Shown here: positions 12,473-26,345 of the stretch, in pieces
Numbering within the stretch: position 1 is the stretch's first letter
Layout: each line of letters opens with the position of its first letter
The notes under the pieces: generated by a model
Databases searched by the model: none
What the model was told of the DNA's origin: nothing
What the model saw: the letters and a program-made list of their open reading frames with translations, nothing else
Made by a program: the position numbers and the translations under genes
DNA from: Octopus sinensis
Taxonomy: Eukaryota
Reading direction: 5' to 3'
Assembly: GCF_006345805.1 (NCBI RefSeq)
Contig: NC_043020.1
Location: forward strand, 10,416,001 to 10,480,000
DNA: 64,000 bases

Positions 12473-12854
12473 TACTCTTTACTTTTTTCAGTCATTTGAC
12501 TGCGGCCATGCTGGAGCACCACCTTTAATCGAGCAAATCAGGACTTATTCTTTGTAAGCCCAGTACTTATTCTATCGGTCTCTTTTGTCAAACCGCTAAG
12601 TGACGGGGACATAAACACACCAGCATCTGTTGTCAAGCAATGCTACGGGGACAAACACAGACACACTCACATATATATATATATACATATATACGACGGG
12701 CTTCTTTCAGTTTCCATCTACCAAATCCACTCACAAGGCTTTGGTCGGCCCGAGGCTATAGTAGAAGACACTTGCCCAAGGTGCCACGCAGTGGGACTGA
12801 ACCCGGAACCATGTGGTTGGTAAACAAGCTACTTACCACAGCCACTCCTGCGCC
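12473..12854 (-). mobile_element. SINE family 1
   Basis: Reverse complement of 3609-4045. Confidence 0.85.
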
Positions 12855-13014
12855 TTAGAATGTCTCTTATTTTCAAAATTAAAAAAATTGTTGCCTATTT
12901 TAAGATTGTAATGTATCGAGGACATGTTTAGTGATTTGATTAACTCTACAATAGGTTACAGTGTTAGATAATTTTATTGAGAATATTGAAAGTGAAATTA
13001 TGAAAATAACTTAC

Positions 13015-13042
13015 ATTGTGGACGATTTGGGTGATAATTCCA
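13015..13042 (-). CDS. TNF-like gene A, coding exon 2 (28 nt, WNYHPNRPQ)
   Basis: Acceptor ttctttctactttag| (near identical to gene B) and donor caat|gtaagt; phase 0 to 1. Confidence 0.8.
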
Positions 13043-13585
13043 CTAAAGTAGAAAGAAAAGGTGAGAAAATGAAAATTAAGATCTGCTGGTGACAGGTGTT
13101 GTTTGTGTAACTTTCATCATATAATAGTCCCCTTTACTGTGTGCCACAATCTTGTTACAATTTTAACACGCACCTTGATACAGTGTTGTATTAATCTCGA
13201 AATATTAAATTTTCTGTTTGCAAAATTTCTGATAGGAAATGCCTTACATGTTTCTTCTATATTTACAATTTTGTAACCCCTATTAACAAATGAAACATGT
13301 GTAATGGTGGATAAATGATACCAAAAATTTTTCAGTTTCCTGTTCTGATATATAATTACTATAATTACTCTGCAAAAAGTATTTCCCAGAATTTTGAACT
13401 CTTATGCAAATCTTACACAAATATAACATCTACATATGGATTTGGAACACTGGTATAAGCAGATGTGCTTCAAGAGGACACAACTTGAATTTTAACCCTA
13501 TCTACATAATCTTTATATATAAAACTGAGAATGTGTGTATGTGTGTGTTAGAAAAAGCATATTTACTAACAGAAAAGTATGCTAT

Positions 13586-14004
13586 GGATCTTTTCGGTTT
13601 GAACGGCAGTTTTTAACATAATTTCTAGGTAACTAAAAAATTTTAAACTTCGTATACTGGTAGAATGTGTTTATAAAACATCTTTTTCTCTTGGCTTTAT
13701 AGAGAAAATTCTATAGTTTGTAAGATATTTGTTGTTGTTTTTTCTTCAGTTTCTGCAATTTCAACCAATCACTCACGTCTATTGAGGTAAAAAAAACATT
13801 CTTTGCCGTATGAATATATCCCTCATTTAAGAAACAGATTGTGTTTATTTACATTTGTGAAGAAAAAAAGATACCCTTCCCCCACCCCTAACCCTAACCC
13901 TAAAACAGATTGAAATGCAATAGATCGATACTAGGGTCATAATTATGGGTGACAATTTCATATGACACCGCTAGAAAAAACTGCCGTTCAAACCGAAAAG
14001 ATCC
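13586..14004. mobile_element. MITE with 29-bp terminal inverted repeats, copy 1
   Basis: GGATCTTTTCGGTTTGAACGGCAGTTTTT ... AAAAACTGCCGTTCAAACCGAAAAGATCC; internal (CCCTAA)2-3. Confidence 0.75.
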
Positions 14005-14623
14005 GAAAAGAAAAGAGAGGCCGGACGTCACGAATTTTTCAGATAGAAATAATTTTCATATTTTGTTTGTACGAGTGAGCGTGGGAGTCAGTTTCTATGC
14101 TTTCAGGTTAACGCAGTGTGTGTATTTATGAAGTGTTGCTTACACAGTGCCAGTGCTCATGGCCCTTGTTTGGGGTGGAGAGAGGAAGGCGTGTCTCGCA
14201 GGGAGCACCTCACTTGGGGGCGGAGACGGTAAAAAAGAAAACATGTCATGCCGCCCCCACTAGGAGATGCGGTGGAACTTCTGCGAGCGAGTTGCCTCTA
14301 GTGATATGGACAAACAAAACATAAAATTAATTTCTATGGTGACAGGCTATACACACGCAAAACGTACACAGAGCGCTGAGTTGCGAGCTGCTTCACAAAC
14401 TGTTTATTTATTCATCGAAGAAAAATTACAGCAGTAAACTTCGGCGTTAATATTAAGGAATAAGTTGACGACCGGACTAACGGGCCGGATTCGAAGGCTT
14501 CGTGGGCCGGACGTTGGGAAGCACGGGGTTAGTGTATAATAGACGGGCAGAGATAGTTGTCTTATTATAGAGGGAATACTTGAAAGGGGAGAAAGAGGTA
14601 GAGAAGAGATAGAGAGAAAACAG

Positions 14624-15038
14624 GGATCTTTTCGGTTTGAACGGCAGTTTTTAACATAATTTCTAGGTAACTGAAAAAATTTTAAACTTCGTATACTGGT
14701 AGAATGTGTTTATAAAACATCTTTTTCTCTTGGCTTTATTGAGAAAATTCTATAGTTTGTAAGATACTTGGTCCTTAATTTCTTGCATTTCGGCAATTTC
14801 AACTAATCAAATACCGTCTATTGAGGTAAAAAAAACATTCTGTGCCGTATGAATATGTCCCTCATTTAAGAAACAGATTGGGTATATTTAATTTTCTGAA
14901 GAAAAAAAGATACCCTTCCCCCTAACCCTAACCCTAAAACAGATTGGAATGCAATAGATCGATACTAGGGTCATAATTATGGGTGACAATTTTATATGAC
15001 ACCGCTAGAAAAAACTGCCGTTCAAACCGAAAAGATTC
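14624..15038. mobile_element. MITE with 29-bp TIRs, copy 2 (direct repeat of 13586-14004)
   Basis: Same TIRs and internal sequence. Confidence 0.75.
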
Positions 15039-15324
15039 GAAAACAGATGGTGCTGGAGATGTATTGGGGCTTATTTGTTGGGAACAGAGGTGGTGGTGGT
15101 GTTGGTGTGGAGTATAAGTAGCACAGAGAGGATAGAAGGGGACGTTTCAAAAGTGTGTGAGTGGAGACGTTCAGATATGAGGAAGTGGTGGTGAGAGAAA
15201 ATGAGAATCTTTCCTGTTTGCCCTCACTTTTTGAAATTTTAAATTTAAGGGAAAATTTTCAAATTTGGTGTGTTGATGTGTTGGATGTAAGTTTTCATGC
15301 TGAATCTCAGGCCATTATTCACTT

Positions 15325-15606
15325 ACTCTTTTACTCTTTGTAAGCCCAGTACTTATTCTATCGGTTTCTTTTGCCGAACCGCTAAGTTACGGGGACGTAA
15401 ACACACCAGCATCGGTTGTCAAGCAATGCTATGGGGACAAACACAGACACACAAACACATACACACATATATATATATATCTATACATACATATATACGA
15501 CAGGCTTCTTTCAGTTTCCGTCTACCAAATCCACTCACATGGTATTGGTCGGCCCGGGGCTATAGCAGAAGACACTTGCCCAACATGCCACGCAGTGGGA
15601 CTGAAC
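15325..15606 (-). mobile_element. SINE family 1, 5' end replaced by a 28-bp hairpin
   Basis: Sequence match; breaks at gggactgaac|ggatc. Confidence 0.8.
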
Positions 15607-16574
15607 GGATCTTTTCTTTTTGAAAGCCAGATTTTCCTAAATCTGGCTTTCAAAAAGAAAAGATCCCATACATACATACATACATATACACCGTTCACAG
15701 TAATTGTGTGTAAAAAAAACTTTAAAGTTCGTTAATTTTGGTATCATTTAGATATTCTCCATTTTCGCGGGGATTTTTTTCAAATCTTTTTTTTTTTTAT
15801 CACCTTCTTCGAAATGATGGGGAACATCATGAAAAATTGGGGCAATTTTTAATATTGTTTCGCCATCCACCCCACACACGCCACCCCCAGCAGCCCCGCT
15901 TCCCTTTCCGGACCGATTTTGGCCAATTTTGTTTGGCACAACGCACTTAAAAAATCATGGGAGAAGCCTTTTCGGTAAAAGAAAAAAAAAAGAAGAAAAA
16001 GAAAAACATGTAACTATTTTCAGACGGAAAGATGCGTGATTTAAGGAAGATTTAACTGTTGTTTCTAGCACATCCACATCACACCATTAACTTCCTCATT
16101 TCTTCGTCACTCTCACACTTATTCATGTGTATGTGTGCATGTAACATATGTTGTAAGTAAGCTGTTAGTAAGGTCTGTGTGCATATATATATATATACAA
16201 TTGCAGCGTGGAAGGTGTTTGTAAGCCATTTAAGAAACACACAAAAGCCGTTCGATTCACTTCAACATTTAAGTTTAATTTGTCAAAATATTTTCGTCGC
16301 TTTTAGTTCGTTATATATACGTACGTATGTACATACGTACATATATATAACGAACTAACTATTACTTTCTCAGATGCAGCACGGATTTTTGTCAGTGAAC
16401 AGGTCGCGGTCTTAAAGCGACGAAAATATTTTGACAAATTAAACTTAAATGTTGAAGTGAATCGAACAGCTTTTGTGTGTTTCTTAAATGGCTTACAAAC
16501 ACCTTCCACGCTCCAATTGTTTTCGTTTCAGTACACGATCTCAGATCAAATAACTTGCTATGCAAATCCAGGTG

Positions 16575-16622
<48 letters not shown>

Positions 16623-16979
16623 TAAGGGTAGAAATTGATATTTATCAATTAAAACCACTGGTCTAGCATATTAAAAAAGAATCCGAAGATTAAAATATTT
16701 ATATATACCAATTAAGGACTGAACACGAAAAGTGGACAGTCAACATGCTACATATAGACGTCAAATCGTCATTCTCCACAAAAGATTATGTTCTCAAATC
16801 AAACTCAGCACAGTTTGATTTGAGAACATAATCTTTTGTGGAGAATGGCGATTTGACGTCTATATCTAGCATGTTGACTGTCCACTTTTCGTGTTCAGTC
16901 CTTAATTGGTATATATATATAGTTAAATAGTTTGACAGATAAAAACTATACGTATATGAAATTAAGAGGAATTAATTAC

Positions 16980-17186
16980 CTTCATTGAAACGGCAATAAC
17001 AATCATTGTTACCACAAGAGCAACGAGACAAATAGAAAGTAAGATCATACGAGTAGGTCGTTTAGCAGCATGTGTCTTTTCCTTAGTTAGTTGGAGAAAT
17101 TCAGATGTCGTATTTTCATGATTTTCTTCAATAACTGTAGATAATAGGCTGTCTATATTTGGATCGTTTTCGACTAAACTGGGCAT
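16980..17186 (-). CDS. TNF-like gene A, coding exon 1 (cytoplasmic tail + transmembrane helix), 69 codons
   Basis: ctaaaATG start; MPSLVEND...KRPTR-MILLSICLVALVVTMIVIAVSM-K. A basic patch precedes a ~22-aa hydrophobic helix (type II topology). Ends aag|gtaatt, phase 0, the same junction as gene B exon 1. Confidence 0.85.
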
Positions 17187-18154
17187 TTTAGAAACTTTTC
17201 AACTAACAGTTACGACTTAATAAACTTCTTCCACTTCGCTTTATTTATCTTTCTCTGGCCTCGCCGTATACAACCGTACTTCACAAAATACTTCCTGGTT
17301 TTGAAACTGATAAAAACGTTAGCAAGTATTTCTCTTCTCTTTACGCTCTCTCTAAGTTCAAATTCCGCCGAGGTCGACTTTGCCTTTCGGTGCCGTTAAA
17401 TTAAGTACAAGTTGTGTACTAGGGTCCAATCGACTGGTCCCCTCCTAAAAAATCCCGAGAAAAGTACACAGTTTCTGGTCGTAGTCTCTCTTGCTTTCGC
17501 TTTCTGTGATTCTCCCACCCTCTGTTGCTGTTTCTCTCTCTCCCTCTCCCTCTCCGTCTCTCTCTCTCTCCCCCTCTCCGTCCCTCTCTCTCCCTCTCCG
17601 TCTCTCTCTCCCTCTCCGTCCCTCTCTCTCTCCCTCTCCGTCTCCCTCTCCGTCCCTCTCTCCCTCCACTCGGACTCTTCTCGGACACTTGGAACGTTTG
17701 CATGGACTTAATGCGGGAGTGGTTTTGCTCGGTTGATTTCCACTACGCTTGCATGCATGTATATATGTATGTATGTATATATTTATGTACGTATGTATAT
17801 ATGTATGTACGTATGTATGTATGTATGTATGTATGTATGTATGTATGTATGTATGTATGTATGTATGTATGTATGTATGTATGTACGCACACACCTACGC
17901 ATGTATGTATACGGGCATGCAAGTATATTTGTATAAGACCAATAAACACACTACATCGACCATTGGTAGGGTGAAAAATAAATATTACTTCACTGTAATT
18001 TTTATTGAGTACATAAAGCCTGAGACATTAATGATTTGAACTTGACACATTTGGTCAATTCACTGGTCCTGGGGTATAAAAATATGCGCTAAATTTTGAT
18101 ACGAGTACCATACTTGTCAAAAAACGCACGTGTATTTGTTTATGGTTCTGAAGA

Positions 18155-18741
18155 GAATCGTCGCGGGTTCGTTAACTTTCGTAAAAAAAGGTTTTCTCTC
18201 TCTCTCTCTAGTTTCAGCTCAGAGCCACGGCCATGCTGATGCACCGCCGTTTTTTTTTTTTACTTTTGTTTTAAAGTGAAACCGATGAAGTGAAACATGT
18301 ATGTACGTGTACATGAAATGGACGTAAGTGTGTGTGAAAGAGAGAGAGATTAAAGGGTTGTGTTGTCATGTATAAGTACATACATCAATACATATGTATG
18401 CATCTTTTTGTATGTACATGTGCGTGTGTGGGGTGGGTGGGAGAGAGAGTGGGAGACATGCACGTACATACATGCACTCACACACACACACACACACGCA
18501 AACCTAAGATAGGTGTGTCCTCCTCATGAATCTTTTTTCTCATAACTTTCAGAAAAAGGCATTTTTAATGAAAATTTTTACAGGAGTGGCTGTGTGGTAA
18601 GTAGCTTGCTAACCAACCACATGGTTCCGGGTTCAGTCCCACTGCGTGGCATTTTGGGCAAGTGTCTTCTGCTATAGCTCCGGGCCGACTAATGCCTTGT
18701 GAGTGGATTTGGTAGACGGAAACTGAAAGAAGCCTGTCGTA

Positions 18742-18808
<67 letters not shown>

Positions 18809-19390
18809 TTGTGTGTCTGTGTTTGTCCCCCTAGCATTGCTTGACAACCGATGCTGGTGTGTTTATGTCCCCGTTACTTAGCAGTTCGGAAGAAGAGACC
18901 GATAGAATAAGTACTGGGCTTACAAAAGAATAAGTCCCGGGGTCGAGTTGCTCGATTAAAGGCGGTGCTCCAGCATGGCCGCAGTCAAATGACTGAAACA
19001 AGTAAAAGAGAGTAAATCCATTGAGACGAAGTAAATTACGATTATATCCGAATTTAATGTTAAAAATACTTCATGGCCCACCGTATATATTACCTATATT
19101 TTATATATACAAAACGAACCCGGAAATACTGAGAAAATTACGTCACGTATAACGTCATGTATGCGTGCGTATCCACCATTTTTTAAGAAAAAAATTTGTG
19201 TGTGTTAATTTAAATTACGATATATTTGAAATCTGCCTCACTTGAAAGGTGCTTGTGGAAAATCTCATTGAAAATGCCCATTTTTCTGAAAGTTTTCGGG
19301 ATACAAAATCGGGATGGATGGGGTACATATATTGTGTGAGTTTGTGTGTGAGTGTGCGCGCGTGTGTGTGTGTGTGTACACACACACACA
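18155..19390 (+). repeat. ~1.2-kb segment directly duplicated at 20813-22070
   Basis: Both begin gaatcgtcgcgggttcg and include the same SINE and flanks, with few differences. Confidence 0.85.
18581..19010 (+). mobile_element. SINE family 1 (duplicated at 21243-21665)
   Basis: Sequence match. Confidence 0.85.
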
Positions 19391-19435
19391 CACACATACA
19401 CACACACACACACACCCACACACACACACACACAC

Positions 19436-19528
<93 letters not shown>

Positions 19529-19703
19529 GTATATACATATATATATATGTATATACATATATAAATGTATATACATATATATATATGTATATACATATAT
19601 ATATATGTATATACATATATATATATGTATATATATATGTATATATATATGTATGTATATATGTATATATATATGTATGTATATATATGTATATATATGT
19701 ATG

Positions 19704-19809
<106 letters not shown>

Positions 19810-19926
19810 GAGTTACATACATACATACAGACACATACACACACACACTATGGCCATGAACTCAATTTCAAACATTCACTTTCTCATTGTTGACATTTGC
19901 TTCTATCAGGTTCGACAGTATTCCTC

Positions 19927-20030
19927 CCATGGCCACGCCCACAGATGATTGTCTCGCACTGATTTGTGTTTATATACCATCTTCTCCAACTTCTTAAGCA
20001 ATTTTCTTTCATTCTATAGCAGAGATGGAA
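19927..20030 (-). promoter_or_regulatory. Putative core promoter of gene A: TATATAAA (19976-19969) and TCA initiator (A at 19946)
   Basis: Aligns with 42231-42330 upstream of gene B, with identical TATA-to-TCA spacing and a shared GAGACAATCATCTG. Confidence 0.6.
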
Positions 20031-21128
20031 AAGAAGGGTTACTCAAGCGAACGACGCTCATCTACTCTTTCAGCACATGAAGGACATTGGTGGTTTATAT
20101 CATCTGGTCTCACCTTACCAACCTCAGCCCCTTGGACCCTAAAGGAACCCTGGTTCTTTAATATCGATTTCTGTCTATATTCCTCTGTCTCTCTATCTTT
20201 GTGTCAGGCATCGCCAGACCAAAGATAACTCTAGCTTAAAGATAACAACAGCAATGACCCAATGGTTAGGACAGCGGACTTGCGGTCTTAAGAACGCGGT
20301 TTCGATTCCCAGACCGGGCATTGTGAGTGTTTATTTGTAGCTTTATTAATAAAGTGTGTGCATGTGTGTGTGTGTGTATATATATACATATATATAAAAT
20401 GAGAAAACTATAGATAACTGCTATGGTTGGAGTTAGCTCACCCATATCAACCTATATCTTCTCGAAACAGCTGTAAGCTTTTGTACTTATTCAGGATTCC
20501 TTATGAATCATTAACTTTCCTATCTAGCCTCTTCATTGATTCTTATAAGGACATTCAGACCTCATAAGTACATCTATGTATTTATATTTGTGCTTATATA
20601 TTTATAAATCTTCGTATGTTTATATGCGTTTATAAATTTTTATTATGTCTAAACTCTACGAGGCTCCGGCGGCGGGGGAGGGAGGTGAACCCCGCTGCAC
20701 TCTTTCACCACAAATTTCTCTCACTCTTTCTTCCTACTTCTGTCACAAAGCAGAGGAGCCATGGTGTAACCCACTATGGTGTGGTAAAGTTTCAGACCCT
20801 AGTCTAGATTGCGAATCGTCGCGGGTTCGTTAACTTTCGTAAAAAAGGTTTTCTCTCTCTCTCTCTAGTTTCAGCTCAGAGCCACGGCCATGCTGAAGCA
20901 CCGCCGTTTTTTTTTACTTTTGTTTTAAAGTGAAACCGACGAAGTGAAACATGTATGTACGTGTACATGAAATGGACGTATGTGTGTGTGAAAGAGAGAG
21001 ATTAAAGGGGTGTGTTGTCATGTATAAGTACATACATCAATACATATGTATGCATCTTTTTGTATGTACATGTGCGTGTGTGGGGTGGGTGGGAGAGAGA
21101 GTGGGAGACATGCACGTACATACATGCA

Positions 21129-21162
<34 letters not shown>

Positions 21163-21409
21163 AACCTAAGATAGGTGTGTCCTCCTCATGAATCTTTTTT
21201 CTCATAACTTTCAGAAAAAGGCATTTTTAATGAAAATTTTTACAGGAGTGGCTGTGTGGTAAGTAGCTTGCTAACCAACCACATGGTTCCGGGTTCAGCC
21301 CCACTGCGTGGCATCTTGGGCAAGTGTCTTCTGCTATAGCCCCGAACCGACCAATGCCTTGTGAGTGGATTTGGTAGACGGAAACTGAAAGAAGCCTGTC
21401 GTATATATG

Positions 21410-21453
<44 letters not shown>

Positions 21454-22120
21454 GTATGTGTGTTTGTGTGTCTGTGTTTGTTCCCCCTAGCATTGCTTGA
21501 CAACCGATGCTGGTGTGTTTATGTCCCCGTTACTTAGCAGTCGGAAGAAGAGACGATAGAATAAGTACTGGGCTTACAAAAGAATAAGTCCCGGGGTCGA
21601 GTTGCTCAATTAAAGGCGGTGCTCCAGCATGGCCGCAGTCAAATGACTGAAACAAGTAAAAGAGAGTAAATCCATTGAGACGAAGTAAATTACGATTATA
21701 TCCGAATTAATGTTAAAAATACTTCAGGTCCACCGTATATATTACCTATATTTTATTATATACAAAATGAACCCGGAAATACTGAGAAAATTACGTCACG
21801 TATAACGTCAGTATGCGTGCGTTATCCACCATTTTTTAAGAGAAAAAAATTGTGTGTGTTAATTAAAATTACGATATTTGAAAATCTGCCTCACTTGAAA
21901 TGGTGCTTGTGGAAAATCTCATTGAAAATGCCCATTTTTCTGAAAGTTTTCGGGATACAAAATCGGGATGGATGGGGTCATGGTGGGGGTACATATATTT
22001 GTGAGTTTGTGTGTGAGTGTGCGCGTGTGTGTGTGTGTGTGACAACACACACACACACACACACCACACACACACAATATAATATATATTATATATAATA
22101 TATATATCTATAATATTATA

Positions 22121-22158
<38 letters not shown>

Positions 22159-22243
22159 TATATATATATATATATGTAGGTCGGGTTGATTCGGGAGTAA
22201 CCACCAGTAAATAAGGTACTCAACATAAAGCAGAGTAAAATTA

Positions 22244-22904
22244 ATTTATTATATAGAAGGGCTTCTACAGGACTAGAACTGTTTTATTCAAGAGAAATCT
22301 TCAGGAAGCTAGTTAACAAGAATTGTATTGGCATTTATACATTTATTGCAGGGTGGTTGGGGGACTTTTGGGGGGTAGGCCTAGCGCAAAATATCATACT
22401 TGGGGGAGTGGTCAAGGAGTCAGTGTTAAATTAGATAAAAGAATAAATAAAAAATAAAAAAAAATAAAAAATAAAAAATATATAAAAAAATATATATAAA
22501 AAAAAGGATAGAGTTTTAGGTAAATAAGGAGATTCTCACTTATACCTATGCACATATGTATACATATATACACACACATACAAACATATATACATATACA
22601 TACACACATACATACATACACACACATATACATATATATACACTTACACATACATATACATATCTACACATACACATAAATGTATACATACACACACTCA
22701 CATGCATACACGTACACACACATGTATATATACACACCCGACCACACATACATATACACACAGAAAAATATCTATACACATACACACACATACACACATA
22801 CACGCATACACACACATATCCACACACACACATGCACACACAGCACACTAGTCCCTATATACACATATATATACACATACACACACATATACATATACAT
22901 ACAT

Positions 22905-22954
<50 letters not shown>

Positions 22955-23360
22955 CATACATATGTGTACCTATACATACCTACACATACACACATATATA
23001 TACATACAATACAGACCCATTCCCTAATTTTAATTTATTATCTTCATTTTTACTTTTGTTATCTTTGACCGCTGGTCACAAACATCTTGGCTATGACAGC
23101 CAGTCCGTTTATCTGTCTACTTGAAACAAGCACTCATTCACTCACGCACACTCTTCAGCACGTACACTCACTCATTCGTACACTCATACACGTACACGCC
23201 CCGCACGCGTATATCATACATACATACATCTACATACATTCACGTATATACACATACGTACGCGTACCTACAGATTCATGTCTACACTCTTAGAAGGCTT
23301 GTCTATACATATACACCAATAAATATATATACACACACATACATATACACCTACATACAA

Positions 23361-23409
<49 letters not shown>

Positions 23410-23419
23410 TATACCACAC

Positions 23420-23495
<76 letters not shown>

Positions 23496-23725
23496 TACAC
23501 ATACATACCCATACACACATACACATACATACGTATACATACATACATACATACATCCATACATCCATACATACATACATACATCCATACATCCATACTA
23601 CATACATTATACACATACACACACCCACACGTATACATATACATACATGCATATACGCGCATGCATACACATACAAATACATACACATACGCATATACAT
23701 ATACATACATACACATACAACACAC

Positions 23726-23757
<32 letters not shown>

Positions 23758-24142
23758 ATTATACATACACCACGTACATATACATACATACATATACAAT
23801 ATACGCACACACATACATACATACTCATATACACATACACAACATACACATGTACATGCGTACCCCCATACACACACACACACGCGCGCATCCCTATATA
23901 CACATAAGTACACACATGCGTAAAAGTATACAATATCTATGCTTACACATACACCACACACACACGCGCCTCCTTATATTCATTCATGTATGTTATTGTA
24001 TACGTGTGGGTGTGTGTATGTGTATAATGTATGTATGTATGGATGTATGGATGTTGTATGTATGTATGTATACGTATGTATGTGTATGTGTGTATGTGTA
24101 TGTATGTGCATGTGTGTATATATATATATATATATATATGTG

Positions 24143-24186
<44 letters not shown>

Positions 24187-24626
24187 ATATATATGTGTAT
24201 ATATATATATAATATATATGTATGTATTTGTATGTAGGTGGATATGTATGTGTGTGTATATATATTTATTGGTGTATATGTATAGACAAGCCTTCTAAGA
24301 GTGTAGACATGAATCTGTAGGTACGCGTACGTATGTGTATATACGTGAATGTATGTAGATGTATGTACGTATGAATATAACGCGTGTATGTGTATGAGTG
24401 TACGAATGGGTGAGTGTACGTGCTAAAGAGTGTGCGTGAGTGAATGAGTGCTTGTTTTCAAGTAGACAGATAAACGGACTGGCTGTCATAGCCAAGATGT
24501 TTGTGACCAGCGGTCAAAGATAACAAAAGTAATAAATGAAGATAATAAAATTAAAATTAGGGAATGGGTCTGTATTTGTATGTATATATATGTGTGTATG
24601 TGTAGGTATGTATAGGTACACATATG

Positions 24627-24672
<46 letters not shown>

Positions 24673-25573
24673 ATGTATGTATATGTATATGTGTGTGTAT
24701 GTGTATATATATGTGTATATAGGGACTAGTGTGCTGTGTGTGCATGTGTGTGTGTGGATATGTGTGTGTATGCGTGTATGTGTGTATGTGTGTGTATGTG
24801 TATAGATATTTTTCTGTGTGATATGTATGTGTGGTCGGGTGTGTATATATACATGTGTGTGTAAGTGTATGCATGTGAGTGTGTGTATGTATACATTTAT
24901 GTGTATGTGTAGATAGTATATGTATGTGTAAGTGTATATATATGTATATGTGTGTGTATGTGTATATATATGTGTATATAGGGACTAGTGTGCTGTGTGT
25001 GCATGTGTGTGGATATGTGTGTGTATGCGTGTATGTGTGTATGTGTGTGTATGTGTATAGATATTTTTCTGTGTGTATATGTATGTGTTGGTCGGGTGTG
25101 TATATATACATGTGTGTGTACGTGTATGCATGTGAGTGTGTGTAATTATACATTTATGTGTATGTGTAGATATTTATATGTATGTGTAAGTGTATATTAT
25201 GTATATGTGTTGTATGATGTATGGGTGTTGTATACTTATATGTTTTTGTGTGTGTATATATGTATACATATGTGCATAGGTATAAGTGAGAATCTCCTTA
25301 TTTCCTAAAACTCTATCCTTTTTTTATATATATTTTTTTATATATATTTTTTATTTTTTATTTTTTTATTTTTTATTTATTCTTTTATCTAATTTAACAC
25401 TGACTCCTTGACCACTCCCCCAAGTATGATATTTTGCGCTAGGCCTACCCCCAAAAAGTCCCCCACCACCTGCCTAAATGTATAAATGCCAATACAATTC
25501 TTGTTAACTAGCTTCCTGAAGATTTCTCTTGAATGAAACAGTTCTAGTCCTGTAGAGCTCTTCTACATAATAA

Positions 25574-25575
<2 letters not shown>
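22244..25575. repeat. ~3.3-kb imperfect palindrome, mostly CA/TA microsatellite with unique islands
   Basis: 22255-22450 is the reverse complement of 25370-25570; 23040-23300 is the reverse complement of 24290-24560; centre ~23970. Confidence 0.85.
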
Positions 25576-25637
<62 letters not shown>

Positions 25638-25673
25638 TATATATATATATATATATATGTATTATATATAATG

Positions 25674-25734
<61 letters not shown>

Positions 25735-26345
25735 TATATATATATAGAAAGAGAGAGACAGAGAGAGAGAGAGAAGAGAGTGATGGTTCAGCTCTCCACC
25801 CATTAAAAAAGCCACCGTTTACGGAATGAGGATAACAACGTAGCTCTCGCGCCCGTGCAACCGCCAGTCTATCGCGTGTGGTGGGTGGATCTTCAAGTTG
25901 TCACACTCATTCTTAGTAGCTTAGAGGAGGCTCGGATTAGAGATTATTATCTGTGGCTAATGGCGTGAGTCCTGAGTGGAAGAAGAAGGAGAAGAAGAAG
26001 AAGAAGAAGAAGAAGAAGAAGAAGAAGAAGAAGAAGAAGAAGAAGAAGGAGGAGGAGGAGGAGAAGAGAAGAAGAAGAAGAAGAAGAAGAAGACGACAAC
26101 AGCATGTATATGTGATCGATCTCGGTACTTGATTGGAACTTATAGGTTCAAGGTCTCTAAGTTCGTTATAGTTGATTAAAATCGATCGCAGTCCTTGATT
26201 GAGTCTTTATTTTATCGATCTCAGTTGTGGCAAAAGCGAAATTTAATTCTTTTACTACTATTTTCACATAGTTCAATTTCCACCCGAAATTTCACTGATT
26301 AAAAACGAAATCTATTCTAATTTATCTTTATACTTTTTATATTTC

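Noticed and set aside
12292-12528. Antisense ORF (SVVQQRCLAETDSTILANMYRRLHP...) open in all three copies, or an antisense H/ACA snoRNA (ATAGTA H-box, ACA end)
   Set aside because: All A-B changes are non-synonymous in this frame. A snoRNA antisense to the host intron would not be processed in the usual way. Kept only as a test under the conserved-element finding.
13890-13905. (CCCTAA)n as interstitial telomere
   Set aside because: Only 2-3 units, and an internal part of a MITE present twice.
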